This document shows, in pieces, positions 1 to 12,967 of a DNA stretch of 64,000 bases (positions are counted from its first letter, which is position 1; each line of letters opens with the position of its first letter). The stretch lies in contig OX597825.1 of the NCBI GenBank assembly GCA_951406725.2, positions 43,896,001-43,960,000 of the forward strand, written 5' to 3'. Position numbers and translations under genes: made by a program. The DNA comes from Octopus vulgaris. Taxonomy: Eukaryota. Below the pieces are notes generated by a model that worked only from the letters and a program-made list of their open reading frames with translations, had not been told where the DNA came from and did not search any database.

Positions 1-104
1 TTTTTTGTTTCCTGTACCCATATATGCATGTATATATACATGTAGATATAGGTACGTACATATATGTATGAATATATGCATATGTTTTATTTATCAATTT
101 GTTG

Positions 105-105
<1 letters not shown>

Positions 106-181
<76 letters not shown>
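106..181. repeat. (TA)n microsatellite, representative of many (TA)n/(CA)n/(GA)n tracts in the window
   Basis: Pure TA dinucleotide run. Confidence 0.95.
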
Positions 182-185
<4 letters not shown>

Positions 186-267
186 TAGTTATCGCCATAC
201 TTATATGGCAGTCTTATAAATATAAGACTAAAGCTGTCGCTGATTAGCTCCAAGAGGCCACCGCCTC

Positions 268-667
268 AAGCTAGCTATTTGACACACAATCTGCGTCCAT
301 TATAAACCTTCGAACAGGGAAGGTCAGCCACTTCATCCTGCCAGTCAGACGGCCGCAGACATGTTTCAGGGTATTTGGCCTTTATTAATTTCCAGTAACG
401 CTGCCGTAATCTCCTTTAGAGAGACTTAGTAATTTTAATATTTCTATTATTGAAAACAAGTGGTTGTATTCCACTGAAACTAGGTAAATAGATTCTTCGA
501 ATAGGGACAGTCAGTAGCGACACCTGCTGGGTCTGACTACGCTGCATTGATAAAGGGCAAATACCCTCAAACATATCTGCAGCTGTCTGACTGGCAGGAT
601 GAAGCGGCTGACCTCCCCTGTTCGAAGGTTTATAATGGACGCAGATTGTGTGTCAAATAGCTAGCTT
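268..667. repeat. Inverted repeat (~120-bp arms) between (TA)n tracts, probable Penelope-type terminal remnant
   Basis: 268-389 (aagctagctatttgacacacaatctgcgtccattataaaccttcgaacaggg...) is the reverse complement of 546-667. Confidence 0.75.
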
Positions 668-677
668 TTAATATTTC

Positions 678-732
<55 letters not shown>

Positions 733-736
733 TATA

Positions 737-877
737 CGACGGGCTTCTTTCAGTTTCCGTCTACCAAGCCCACTCACAAGGTTTTGATCGGTCCGAGGCT
801 ATAGTAGAAGACACTTGCCCAAGGTGCCACGCAGTGGGACTGAACCCGGAACCATGTGGTTGGGAAGCAAGCTACTT
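737..877 (-). mobile_element. tRNA-derived SINE (family A), 5' head cut off by a retroelement tail
   Basis: Minus strand reads ...ggttccgggttcagtcccactgcgtggcaccttgggcaagtgtc, with a B-box-like GGTTCAGTCCC; same family as 14385-14715 and 19760-21982. Confidence 0.85.
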
Positions 878-1051
878 TATTTCATAAATTGGCCATACAG
901 CCTTACAAAGATGTAGCTGTGGGCTGGACAAAGACACAAATGATAATCGAATGAAAAAAATGAAAAGATGGTTGGTGAGGAAAGCATACAACACTTCCAA
1001 TCAGTTAAGATCAGAAGCCACGATTGCCACTGCCTGGTACTGCCTCAGGGC

Positions 1052-1053
<2 letters not shown>
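878..1053 (-). mobile_element. 3' tail of a Tx1/L1-type retroelement inserted in the SINE head
   Basis: Shares tgtgggctggaca and the terminal tatttcat with the 3' end of the element at 20143-21945, with the same junction. Confidence 0.65.
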
Positions 1054-1102
<49 letters not shown>

Positions 1103-1103
1103 G

Positions 1104-1180
<77 letters not shown>

Positions 1181-1188
1181 TGTTGTTG

Positions 1189-1241
<53 letters not shown>
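1054..1241. repeat. Compound (ATT)n(ATC)n(GTT)n(ATT)n microsatellite
   Basis: Direct reading; source of the poly-I/H/Y artefact ORFs. Confidence 0.95.
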
Positions 1242-1243
<2 letters not shown>

Positions 1244-1418
1244 GTTTATATATTTGTTGTTCAAGATCTTTTATGTGAAATCGTGTGTTGAAACAGATAT
1301 TGTTGTATTTAGGAATGGTCATTTTGCAAGTTTAGCCAATAAAAACACACGCACTATATATTTGCTGTTACTTTGCTTCAGTGTTATTTATTTTTTACAT
1401 TAATCTTAATCTTATTTC

Positions 1419-1462
1419 GGCCAGAGTTCTTTCGTCACACTCCTGTGAACGCATCAGTGGTC
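1419..1462 (-). ncRNA. Minimal type-I hammerhead-like motif (A9>C), PLE 3' UTR
   Basis: gacca CTGATGC G TTCAC aggagt GTGAC GAAA gaac TC tggcc. Confidence 0.6.
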
Positions 1463-1692
1463 CTTTGCTTTCTTCTTTCTTATTTGTGTGTCTCTCCTTA
1501 CTAACCGTCAGCCATTTTGTATTTCTATTGTATGTGTCACATTTGCGCATGCGTATACCTCTATGTGCGTCTATGTTTAGTTACTGTGTGTGGGGGGGAT
1601 GTCTGTAATATTTGTATCTTCTGTTTATATACGTTCGTGTAATTTGCTTTTGTTTTTGTTTATTCTTATTTTGCTCATGTGTTTACACCCAC

Positions 1693-1813
<121 letters not shown>

Positions 1814-2015
1814 TATTATGTATGCTTGTATGTATGTATGTATAACAACAATAATAGTAATAATAATTAAAATATTTAAAAAAATTAAAAAATTAAAATT
1901 TTTTAAAAAATGTATATAGTTATTTACTTCCATTTGTTTATTTATCTGTGTATTTTATTTTGTTATGTTTTCAGTTTTGTTTATATTGTAATCAGTTTAT
2001 GGGAATCCTCTTCTG

Positions 2016-5000
2016 TCATATATTGTGGTGTGTGCTAGTGTTCCATTCCAGTTTCCTGTTCAGGCTAGGTTTATCTTCTATTATGTGTGTAGCTTCCGTA
2101 ATTTGTTTGATTGTTGCGTCTGTTCTATGTCTGGACAAGATTTTAACTTCTATGTTGTTGATTGATCCCCCGTGTTTCTGCTCGGCGTGTTGGTTCAGAA
2201 CCGATGAGCTCTTTCCTTCCTTAAGTTCTCTCCAATGTTTCATTTACCCGCTCTCCTATGCTTCATGCCGTTTCCCCTACGTGTGTCGTTCTCTTGTTAC
2301 TGTATCGTCCCTCTATACATCTTATACTATAGACTACATTTCTGGCTTTACAGTTTGTTTGTGGGCTAAATCTACACACAGTACAGTACCTATCCGTACA
2401 GGGGGTTCTACTAAAAGGGTAGGTTCTACCGATTATGGATTTGATAGGGTTGCCTGGCTTTTCAACAACTTTAATCCTTAGCTTAAGTTTGTCTAGGGTC
2501 CTTCTAAAGCGGTACGCCAGTTCACCTCTAGGGGTGGTGTCGACGAACATGACACTCTGGTATTTGTGGCTATCATACCAAGAGTTGGCCTTCCCTATTT
2601 TCTTCTTTGTCCTTTCCATAGTGTTCCATGACTTGCTCCTAGCAAATCCCATTCCTATCATTACATAAGATAGTATCAAATTTCTTCATGGCTCCTCTGT
2701 ATACTCTGATACTTTCTTTATGGCTGTAACCTGAGAACTGCATGCGGTGAACGAAATGTTGTATGCGTCTCTTTAACTCTGTAGGCTCGCACATGCGGGA
2801 CACATTTCGTATTATTCTGACGAGGTCTGCCATCAAAATATTGAATTTGGCATTGTCCGCGATAGCTAAGTTCCAGTGGATCAAGTATTTGGAGGCCATA
2901 GGTTTGGCATAGTACGAATGAAGGATTCGGGTTTTATTATACTCAGTTTCTAGCCAGAGTTCTGTGTCTAGTACTGGTAGTCTATGGTTAGGGTGTTTAG
3001 TAGGGTAGTCTATGGTTAGGGTGTTTAGTAGGGTAGTCTATTGTGACATTAATACTCTGGTGGATGAAGTTAGCTATTTGCTGGATGCTCTCCATAGTAT
3101 TAGTTTCTATTTCTATTTCAACAGTACTCTCTTGTGGGGGTGCCTTTACCACTATGTTGATATCATCAACATAGCGAGAGTACATGTTCACGAGTATGGA
3201 GTTCTGTGTTAGGCGTTCTTTAAGCCTTCTGTCCCACCATACCATGAAAAGGTTGGCCACATCACCGGCGATACTAACGCCAATGGCTGCCCCCTCGTCC
3301 TGAGCATATATTTTATTGTTAAACTTAAACGTGTGGCCTTTTAGGGTAACTCTTATACTAGCTCCTAGTTCATGTGCGATCATTATTTTTTACCTGATGG
3401 ACATTTGCGAGGGTCCGTATGACTCTGGTCCATCCGCTCCATCTCTCTATATGGGTCTTCTTAGCCATAGAAGTAATTGTGGGTGGTCTACCTCTTAAAT
3501 ATATACTGGGGCAGAAACTACTAAGATCATGTTTATCTAGGTATTCGTTGTCATATGTCAGTCTAAGTAGGAGCCCAGTTCCTCTGTATTGACATTGCGG
3601 AACTCCACCTCGCTCTCCTTGATCATCTCCACGCACTTCTCCACCGCAAAATCCACGTCGATCGATGGGTATAGGGATACCACATCCATGCTACCCACCA
3701 TACATCCTGTCAGGTCGCAAGTGTTGTTACAGTCATTGATCCTGCTGAGGAGATCTTCTGTGCTGTCACAAACATCAGGTGACATCCGGATTATAGGGCG
3801 TGTGATCATTGAGAGGAAGTAGGAGATTCTGTAGTTGCTAGCGATATTCGCTCCACAAACTGTTCTTGTTGGTGGTTCTGCTATAGGGTCAGTGGTTACT
3901 TTATGGTCCTTGCGAAGTCCATACAGTGCCAGGATATCGTTGTTCCAGGCTTGGAAATTGTTAGCTGTGCGTTTCTGGGGTCCCAGAACAATTGTCCACA
4001 ACATCATGTGGGCGTTGAGGACCTTTTCTCTCTCCTCATGCGCCTGTAAAGTTGTTATTTTCCTATTGGCGATATGAGGTTGCATTGCCTGAATGTAGTT
4101 CAGTAAGCTGTCTATTGACATTCTGCCGGACTTATCTGTGGGAAGGCATACCACCTCTCCGTTCCTCGTGCGCTGAATGAGCTTACGTAGGCCACATGCG
4201 GGTTTAATCCCGAGTTGTTGGGCCTCTGTCTTATTCTGTCTCTGTCTCTTAGTGTATAGTTCTAAAATCTGTCTAAGTCTGGTCCTAGCTATAGTGAACT
4301 GTGCTTCCATATCATCATTAGTATGTCTTGGGATGTAGACCCTTTTGTTGAAGGAAATGTTGTCGGGTAAATCCGCTTCGTGTTGTAAGAATTGTCACAT
4401 ATGTTGAAAAATTGAGTGTCAAAGGGGTGGGTATACATGTTAATGGCCCTTCTAGGGTTATTTTCTTCATTACTGTTACTACTATTTCTGTCGTTACTGT
4501 TCCCATCATCAATCCCACTACTATTATCACCACTACTGCCACCATTACCACTATCATTACCACCACTACTACTATTATTACTATCACCACCATAACTATC
4601 ACTACTACCATCATTACTACTTCTACTGTTACCACCACCACTATTACCACCACCACTTCCACCAACACTACCACCACCACCACTACTACTACTACCATTA
4701 TTGCTATTACTGTTATTCCTACCACTGCCATTATTGCTATCCTTCTGATTATCGCTAGTGATATTCTCATTGTTCCTGTTTCTGGTGTATGTGTTGTTCA
4801 TATTAGTGTTGGTTCTTATGTCTGTCTGTTGGTCCCTGCCATTCCCTCTGTTGTGGTAGTTATTTTTGTTCTTACGAGTAGTGTTTTCTGTTTCAAGTCT
4901 ACTGACTCCCTGTCCAAGAATTCTGTTGCATTCAACTTCAATCTCCATCGTGACCCCCATGACACAACTTTTATTCGTGTCCTTGTGACTATGGTTATCT

Positions 5001-6315
5001 GTGTGTGAGTTTGTGTGTCCATTCCCCCTATAATTGTTGTTGTTGTTGCTGTTGTATACGATTTTTTCTCTGTTTATGTTTTTGCATTTGTATCTGTTGC
5101 TTGTGTAGCGTGGCAGTTTCAGCCACTTTGTTATATGACTATAGCGATATCTAATATCTTCACTGTGTGAACGGCAAAGCAGAAATAATCTCGTTTGAGC
5201 TTACAACCATCTTTGGCCAACTTGTTCTTTTTCTAAACACTAACTTGATTGGTTGACGTGTGACACGAGGTTCCCTGCGTAGTTCGAGCCACTGGTGGAC
5301 ATGTGACACGAGGGTCCCTGCGTAGTCCGCGCCACTGGTTGACACGTGACGCGAATTGTCTCGACTTTTCGCGCCAATCGCGAATCAACCAATCAAGACC
5401 TTCGGTTAAAATTCCATTTTTGGAGTTCGGTGAGCCAACCAAATAGTATAAAAACCAGTTTTCACAGGCATTTTTGTCTTGAGTTCTAGTTCTTCTAAGA
5501 ACTAACTTAGACCACCTACTGCTCAACTTAGAGATATGCGATTGTTTCTGCTTGCTGCTCAACTTAGAGATAGGCGATTGTTTCTGCTACTGCTTGTGCT
5601 ATACTGATACAAACAACATGAACTGTAAACCGAGTTCCGTGGTTAATCCTATGGTCAGTACCTTTTATGCCTCACGAACACACAGACACAAAAACATGCT
5701 AACACTTACAAACTCCCAACATCAGCATGATTGTAAAATATGTAAATAAATAATATTTATCTACCAACAGAAGACTTGTGTCAATTCACTTATGTCCTAT
5801 TGTCGTTGTAAGTATTTTATGGCTTGTAATGATTTCGTTAAGAGTAGAGCCGCATGCGACCGTATTCCCGGCATGATACGACCGCATGTGATCTTACTTC
5901 TTACACTTGTGTTCATGCATTCATTTTTGCTGTTGCTGTTGTTGTTGCCGCTGTTGGGGTTGTAGTTGTTCGTGTTGTTTTTGTTGCTGCGGTCATTATT
6001 GTTTGTGTTGTTGTTGCTGCGGTTATTGTTGTTCGTGTTGTTGTTGTTGTGATTGTTGTTGTCGTCTGTGTTGTTATTGTTGTTCGTATTGTTGTCACTC
6101 GTGTTGTTGTCGTTGTACCTATTTAAATTCCAACGTATTTTTGTGAACGACTTTTCATTCTCAGACAGGCATTGGATGGTATTCACCTTATTATATATCG
6201 CATATTTTGGTGGTAGTTGAAGTATCGATATTTCGTCTTGGACGGATGTTATTCCCCCATAGATCTTCGCTTCGTTGTCCTTGTTGAATTCTGCTGGTAG
6301 TGGGATATCTGCCAT
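2016..6315 (-). pseudogene. Frameshifted PLE ORF: N-terminal domain, reverse transcriptase, GIY-YIG endonuclease
   Basis: LPPKYA...KIRW (5797-6315); PTDKSG and GSMDVVSLYPSID (3558-4310); GAAIGVSIAGDVANLFM and YSRYVDDI (2997-3383); CTVC...NVVYSIRC...HVGETA (2263-2679); a 28-bp tandem duplication at 2976-3041 breaks the frame. Confidence 0.9.
5104..5905 (+). mobile_element. Solo LTR (Gypsy-like) inserted in the PLE ORF
   Basis: TGTA...TACA termini; 4-bp TSD CTTG at 5100-5103 and 5906-5909; TATAAAAA near 5446; AATAAA near 5745; internal ~43-bp and ~36-bp tandem duplications. Confidence 0.8.
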
Positions 6316-6584
6316 AATAATTCCGTTTATTGTATCTGAATAGGAACACTAGCACACACTACAACATATGGCAGAAGACGATCCCCATAAACTGGTTACA
6401 TTATAAACAAAACTGAAAACATAATAAAATAAAATATACAGATAAATAAACAAATGGAAGTAGATAACTATATACATTTTAATTTTTAATTATTTTTTTA
6501 ATTTTTAATTTTTTATTTTTTTAAATATTTTTATTATTATTACTATTATTGTTGTCATACATACATACATACATAATAATAATG

Positions 6585-6642
<58 letters not shown>

Positions 6643-6860
6643 GTGGGTGTAAACACATGAGCAAAACAAAAACAAATTACACGAACGTATATAAACAAAA
6701 GATACAAATATTACAGACATCCCCCCCCACACACACAGTAACTAAACATAGACGCACATAGAGGTATACGCATGCGCAAATGAAGACACATACAATAGAA
6801 ATACAAAATGGCTGACGGTTAGTAAGGAGAGACACACAAATAAGAAAGAAGAAAGCAAAG

Positions 6861-6904
6861 GACCACTGATGCGGTCACAGGAGTGTGACGAAAGAACTCT
6901 GGCC
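6861..6904 (+). ncRNA. Minimal type-I hammerhead-like motif (A9>C), inverted PLE arm
   Basis: gacca CTGATGC G GTCAC aggagt GTGAC GAAA gaac TC tggcc. Confidence 0.65.
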
Positions 6905-7040
6905 GAAATAAGATTAAGATTAATGTAAAAAATAAATAACACTGAAGCAAAGTAGCACCAAATATATAGTGCGTGTGTTTTTATTGGCTAAACTGGCAAA
7001 ATGACCATTCCTAAATACATTATTATTATCATTAATATTA

Positions 7041-7117
<77 letters not shown>

Positions 7118-7118
7118 T

Positions 7119-8732
7119 TATGTTTGACATTTGCTTTACATTTGTACAATTTGGCTCCAAGTCTCACCCAGAGACCTCAAGAGAAAACAAGTTAGAAATT
7201 CATGTTGGTGTAATGCCTAGAGTGCCATATATTTGGTTCTGTACATAGTGATGTTCTAGAGAATGTTTACGATCATTAACCAAAAGATCATTATGTGTTT
7301 GTTTTAAAATTTGAGATTACATAGCCAGTATTTTACGTAGGATATGGGCAGTTCCAATGAGCACTATCTTTTGAATTTCTGCTATTTTGGGGTTTCCTGG
7401 TATCTGAGCTAGGTAGCAATCAGCCCCTTTTGCTATCATTCCAAGGGCACCTATGACAACAGGTATTGTTTTAGTCTTCAGGTTCCACATTTTGCCAATT
7501 TCTATTTCAAGATCTTTATACTTGCTCAGTTTTTGGTAGGTCTTGACAGATACGTTTATATCGATTGAGACAGTCATCTCAATGAGGAGGCATGATTTTT
7601 GTCTAAAGTCTTTCAATATGATGTCTGGCATATTTGCATCTATCTTTCTCTCAATTTTAATGGTGAAGTTCCAGAGGAGTGAGATGTGATCAATTTCAAG
7701 CACTGAAGGTGGTTTGTGTTCCCACTAGTTTTTATCATGGGCAAGTCCAGATTTTTGCAAATTATCCAGTGAATATATTGTGCAGCTCTACCATGCCCGT
7801 TGAGATACTCTGTAGGCGCAAGAAGACTGCACGTGGAGACAACATTATGAATGGTTTCATTTTGTTGTTGACATACACCACATGTTAGGAAGCTGCCATT
7901 TTTTAATATATTGGTCCTTTTAGGTAGGCATTGATCTTGGGCTGCTATGATAAACCCTTCTGTTTCAGATTTTAAGCCAGATGCCATTAGCCATTGATGG
8001 GTCAGGGCTTTGTCAACATCTGCATTATTCGCTCACTTTGGGTATTTGCCATAGAGAGGTTGCCATTTATCATTCAGAATGTCTAAGGCAGCAGTTTTAG
8101 CATGGGATTTCATGCGCTTAGCTTTTTCTGAGCTTGTTTCTAGTATGTCTATTTCTGGAATTTGTTGTATTTGGAATTCACTTACATATTCCTTTGCCTG
8201 TTTTGTTAGTGAGTTTTGAAACAAGTTTTAACATCCAGTCCGCAGAGCTTTTCAGGTAGGTGTCGAGGTCAATTGTAGCAATCTTCATTGTTAATGCCAG
8301 TTGTAAAAGTCCACGGCCTCCCTCTTTTCTTGGCAGATAACGTCGTTCTATATCTGCCTTAGGGTGGTGCATTCTATGCATTGTCAACGGTTTTTGTATT
8401 TTTCTGTCAAGATTGCATATTTAAGTAATTGACCAGTTAATGATATTGAAACTGTAAGTCACGACTGGTATGGCTAAAGCATTGATCGCTTCGATCCTGT
8501 TTCTTGCATTCAGCTCTGAATTAAGTATTACTCTTACCCTACGATAACATTCTCTTCTGATCCTTTCCCTCATCACTGAATGCCTTATTCCGACCCCTTC
8601 AAGTAACCCTTGTTATTTGCAGCTCTCCGCTGGTTCTTACTCTTTTATGACATTCTGCTGGTCAAAGTTAATGTTTGATGTTTCTGTCATTTTTCCTTTG
8701 ATAAAGGTAGCTTTTGAACATTTATCGAGGCC
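7119..8732 (-). mobile_element. R4/Dong-type non-LTR retrotransposon, 5'-truncated and decayed (RT thumb, CCHC finger, REL endonuclease)
   Basis: YLPRKEGGRGL; IIAAQDQ; CGVC...ETIHNVVSTC; PDIILKD...LLIEMTV...KLSKYKDL...PVVIGALG; 3' end runs into (TAA)n as expected for Dong-like elements. Confidence 0.88.
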
Positions 8733-8756
8733 AGCCCATGGGCATATGGCGTAGTG

Positions 8757-8942
<186 letters not shown>

Positions 8943-8991
8943 ATCGAAAAATACCTTAGGAATGAGAACCCAGATTCAAAATTTCCCCAAG

Positions 8992-9035
8992 ACACCTGAT
9001 GAAGGCTGGAGGGCATATCAGCCGAAACGTTGTTT
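8992..9035 (+). ncRNA. Minimal type-I hammerhead ribozyme motif
   Basis: acac CTGATGA A GGCTG gagggcatat CAGCC GAAA cg TT gttt; canonical core, palindromic AACGTT stem III. Confidence 0.75.
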
Positions 9036-9245
9036 TAACAACAAACAAGTTGAGAACAAATATCATGTAATTTGTTTTTGTTGTTGTTGTTTTTGTTTAT
9101 TCTTATTTTGTTCATGTGTTTACATCCACTTATTATTATCTTTACATATGCTTGTATGTATGTATAACAACAATACTAGTAATAATAATTCCGAAATATA
9201 ACAATATATATATATATATATATATTTATTATATAGAAGGAGCTT

Positions 9246-9286
9246 CTACAGGACTAGAACTGTTTCATTCAAGAGAAATCTTCAGA
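9246..9286 (-). ncRNA. Hammerhead remnant lacking the 5' stem-I strand, between (TA)n tracts
   Basis: CTGAAGA tTTC tctt GAAt GAAA c agttcta GTC. Confidence 0.5.
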
Positions 9287-9321
9287 TATATATATATATA
9301 TACGTATATATACATACGCTT

Positions 9322-9362
<41 letters not shown>

Positions 9363-10289
9363 GAGAGGCACACATTTATATTGATTATCACAACACCATT
9401 CAGATACATACACCTATTATAAACAAATACACAGACCAACTGGCAGAGATATTGCAGTGTTCTAATACGAGCACTTCAAACAATAGTTAGTCTCTAGTCT
9501 ATTATAACAAGAGCCGTTGTTTCTTCACCCATTCTTAAACAACAAAACATTGCCACAGGAAAGGGAAAAAATGAAATTTCACCTCCATCCCAGCAAAAAT
9601 AAATAAATGAATAAAATGACACCATCTGCCAATTGTTAGATGACTCACGAATGGTATAAGCCTCCTTTACCTTCGTAAGTTTGGTTTGTTCTTGTTTTGC
9701 TTCTGCCTCCCCTCCTTGTTCTTCATCCTATTCTTGTTCATCACAATCATCGTCATCAACATCATCCTGGTAATCATCATCATCTTTCTTTTCCTCCCCT
9801 TCCAACAATAGCGTGGACTACTACTGATGCTGCTGCAGCTGATGGTGTTGCTGTGGTTCTTGCCATCGTTAGTTGTAATGATGATAATGATGATGATGAT
9901 GAAGATGATGATAAGGTGGCGGAGGTGGTGGAGGTGGCGGAGGTGGTGGAGGTGGTGGCGGCGGCGGTAGTTGTAGTGGTGGGGACGTTGATGGTGGTGT
10001 AAGTGGTGGTGGGAGTAGTGGTGATGATGGTCGTAGTGATGGCTTTATAGTGGTGGTACTTGGTTCCCTTCGTACTTTATTTCGTGCTAGAGTACAAAAT
10101 CCCGCGTTATCTTATATACTGCCCACTACATTTCATTAGTATTCTGATTTATTTCTCTACTTACAATAATCTACTCTACCCACGTACTCTGCAGCCCACA
10201 AATTAGCCATACAGTCAACTTATCTTTTGATCAAGCTAACACGAGAACATCTGCGTAGTCCACTGACTCGTTACAAATAGCTAATAAAT

Positions 10290-10510
10290 CTGCCTCAAAT
10301 CCACCGGCTTTTCTAAGTAAGTTTTTGCTCTTGCTATCACCTCATACACCTTTACAATGGTTGCGAGCACCTCAACTTCCGTGGTGTCTGACACCAGTAC
10401 GGTGACATCATCTGTGTGCGCAGTCATAACTCTCCATCGTTCCAGTTTGAACGACGAAATGTCCCTCAACATTTCCAGTTGTTGTAGCACTGCTTCGAGA
10501 GTCAGTACAC
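10290..10510 (-). pseudogene. Tx1/L1-type LINE reverse-transcriptase fragment
   Basis: VLTLEAVLQQLE...TAHTDDVTVLVSD...YEVIARAKTYLEK resembles the LALEP...YADD...YE..SGAKIN.EKS region. Confidence 0.7.
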
Positions 10511-10599
10511 AAAAGAAATTCCATATAACACAGTGCATACATAATGCCAATCAGTCACTGACACTGTAATAGTTTCTGATATAGATCTAACAATTTTGA

Positions 10600-10760
10600 T
10601 GGGAGGGGATTAATCAATGCCATCGACTATTGTACTTTATTTTTATCGACTCCGGTGAGATGAAAAGCAAAGTTGACATCGGCGGGATTTGAACTCAGAA
10701 TGCAAAGAGATGGAAGAAGTATTAAATGTTCTTCCAGCTCGCTGCCTTACTCTCCTACAC
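10600..10760 (-). mobile_element. SINE family B (Deu/Nin-domain-like), decayed
   Basis: gatgaaaagcaaagttgacatcggcgggatttgaactcagaa matches 12325-12510 and 47992-48393. Confidence 0.7.
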
Positions 10761-10876
10761 TATAACACGATTGTTCGCTCTGAAAACACTATATTGCATA
10801 AATCCCAAGAACACAGCTGTGCACTTGCTAGTGAAATAGAATCCTCGCGCGAAAATGATGATGATGATGATGATTA

Positions 10877-10984
10877 GGAGGAGAAGAAGAAGAAGAAGAA
10901 GAAGAAGAAGAAGAAGAAGAAGAAGAAGAAGAAGAAGAAGAAGAAGAAGAAGAAGAAGAAGAAGAAGAAGAAGAAGAAGAAGAA
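10877..10984. repeat. (GAA)n microsatellite
   Basis: Direct reading. Confidence 0.95.
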
Positions 10985-12324
10985 TTCTATTTTTGGTTTG
11001 CGTACTGAGAAAATCAAAGCCTGATTAAGAGCTTACTAAAGCCAGGTTTCTACATAAAGGGCATACTATTGAAGCAAGGAGACCAGATATGAACATAAAG
11101 AGCAAAAGAAAATTTGCGTAAGATCACATTTATTTTATATTTCATAACTTAGTCTTTGAGTAAGATCTTTCTGAAATAAAAATCTCATTAAGTTCGGTTA
11201 ATAACAATAAACAATTCAAAACAGACAATCCTTATCTAAACCTGAAGAATGCAGTCATTTCGTCTGTGCTATATGAAACATCCTATTCAAACTGCACCCG
11301 TTATCTGAATTCACGATGATTCAACATTCTTCCTTTTTTTTACACTGAAGGCAACGTTATTTTTTCCTCGAAACATAGATTTGGTTTCATTATCAGAAAA
11401 GGCTCTCCGTTAAATATTTCGGTCGTATTTATTAAATTTTGCGACAGCTGGAATAATGAACATCAATAATTTTTCATGAGAAAATGGGTTGGAACCTGTA
11501 CAAGAAAGAAAATAAATGAATCTAATGATACGACTAAACTGCGATTCTCAGGTGAATTAATAACTAATTAAGCTCTAGAATTTAAGGAGATAAGTGGCAG
11601 TCTATGCCGACTAAAATAGTAAAGTTTAACTATTAAATAGTAATTGTATAAGTTGTATTTTAAATAAGGATCTGAAAATGAGAAGTTATTTCTAAGATAT
11701 GATGATGAAGACAAACATAATTTGGCTAAAGATATATGTCGATTTATGTTTGGTATAATGTTGAGGTTTACATGTATTGTAGAGCAAGAAATAAGCTTTA
11801 TGAGAAAATCTTCAATTCGCTTGAGATTTACATTTCTATCTAGTCTTTAAATATTTTAACTGTTGCTTTCATTATCTCCTGGAGTAATTCTACTTCTTTT
11901 TATGCAGACAAGCTGCTTCTCAGACAAATAAGGACTTAAAATCTAACATCACATTCTCTCGTAAAATATTTAACATTGCTGTAGCACTTTACAACAATTT
12001 TTTTATCTTCTGCCCGGTTAACACCATCTCTTTTCTATTTCATCTGAAATACAGCATGCTTTAAACTTTTGTTTCTACCACTCATCCTTCAAATTTTACT
12101 ACTTTCTCTTCATACGCTTCACGCAATATTCATATCATCTCTTACTAGCCTTACCTCGTCTCTGCCTATATCAACTTATCCACACAGCTTTCTATTTTTC
12201 ATTCGTAATTTTGCATCCTAGGCGAATACATTTCTAAATGGTCTCTCTTCGATGAAGACATTTGATTCTTTTACAATTCAGTGAACTTTTATAACTCACC
12301 CACATATTGGTTACAAATTTTGTC

Positions 12325-12510
12325 ACAAGGCCAGCAATTTCGAGGAATAGGATTACATCGACTCCAGTACTCAACTGGTACTTATTTTGTCGGCTCCGAA
12401 AGGATGAAAGACAACGTCGACCTCGGCAGAATTTGAACTCAGAAGATGAAAGAAATGCCACTAAGCAGCTTGTCTGACGTGCCAACGATTCTGCCAATTC
12501 GCCGCCTTAT
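12325..12510 (-). mobile_element. SINE family B (tRNA head + Deu/Nin-like core)
   Basis: Minus strand: aaggcggcgaattggcagaatcgttggc...ctgagttcaaattctgccgaggtcgac...tttcatcctttcgg...taagtaccag. Confidence 0.8.
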
Positions 12511-12865
12511 AATTCACCCATATATTAATGCTTTGTTGTTCGTCAGAGATCATCGGACTCCAGATCAAAGATTGCCAATTCATATTATATAAAGTCCAGT
12601 CCACAAAGCTGTAGATCACTATCACAAATAAAAATACAACACTGCTGTACAGCTGATGACCGTAATCTCAGCATGAAATGCTGCACTTCATCTTCTCTTG
12701 ACTAAGACTCAGAACAGCATTTACATAACCTTGCTAACGATGAAATTATCGTTACATGACATATTTATAGCGATTAAAGGGGGAAAATAGCATGGTGCTC
12801 CATATGAGCTAAAACGTACGACAAAGGCGAAATACAAACATATGTATGTATGTGTGTGTATGTGT

Positions 12866-12942
<77 letters not shown>

Positions 12943-12967
12943 TGTTTATACATATGTACATACATAT

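Noticed and set aside
11242-11285. CTGAAGA...GAAAC hammerhead-like text
   Set aside because: Stem II is out of register and there is no stem I.
11245-11497. Possible minus-strand host exon (ttttctttcttgtacag acceptor near 11495)
   Set aside because: The frames I read stop early and resemble no known protein; RNA-seq would be needed.
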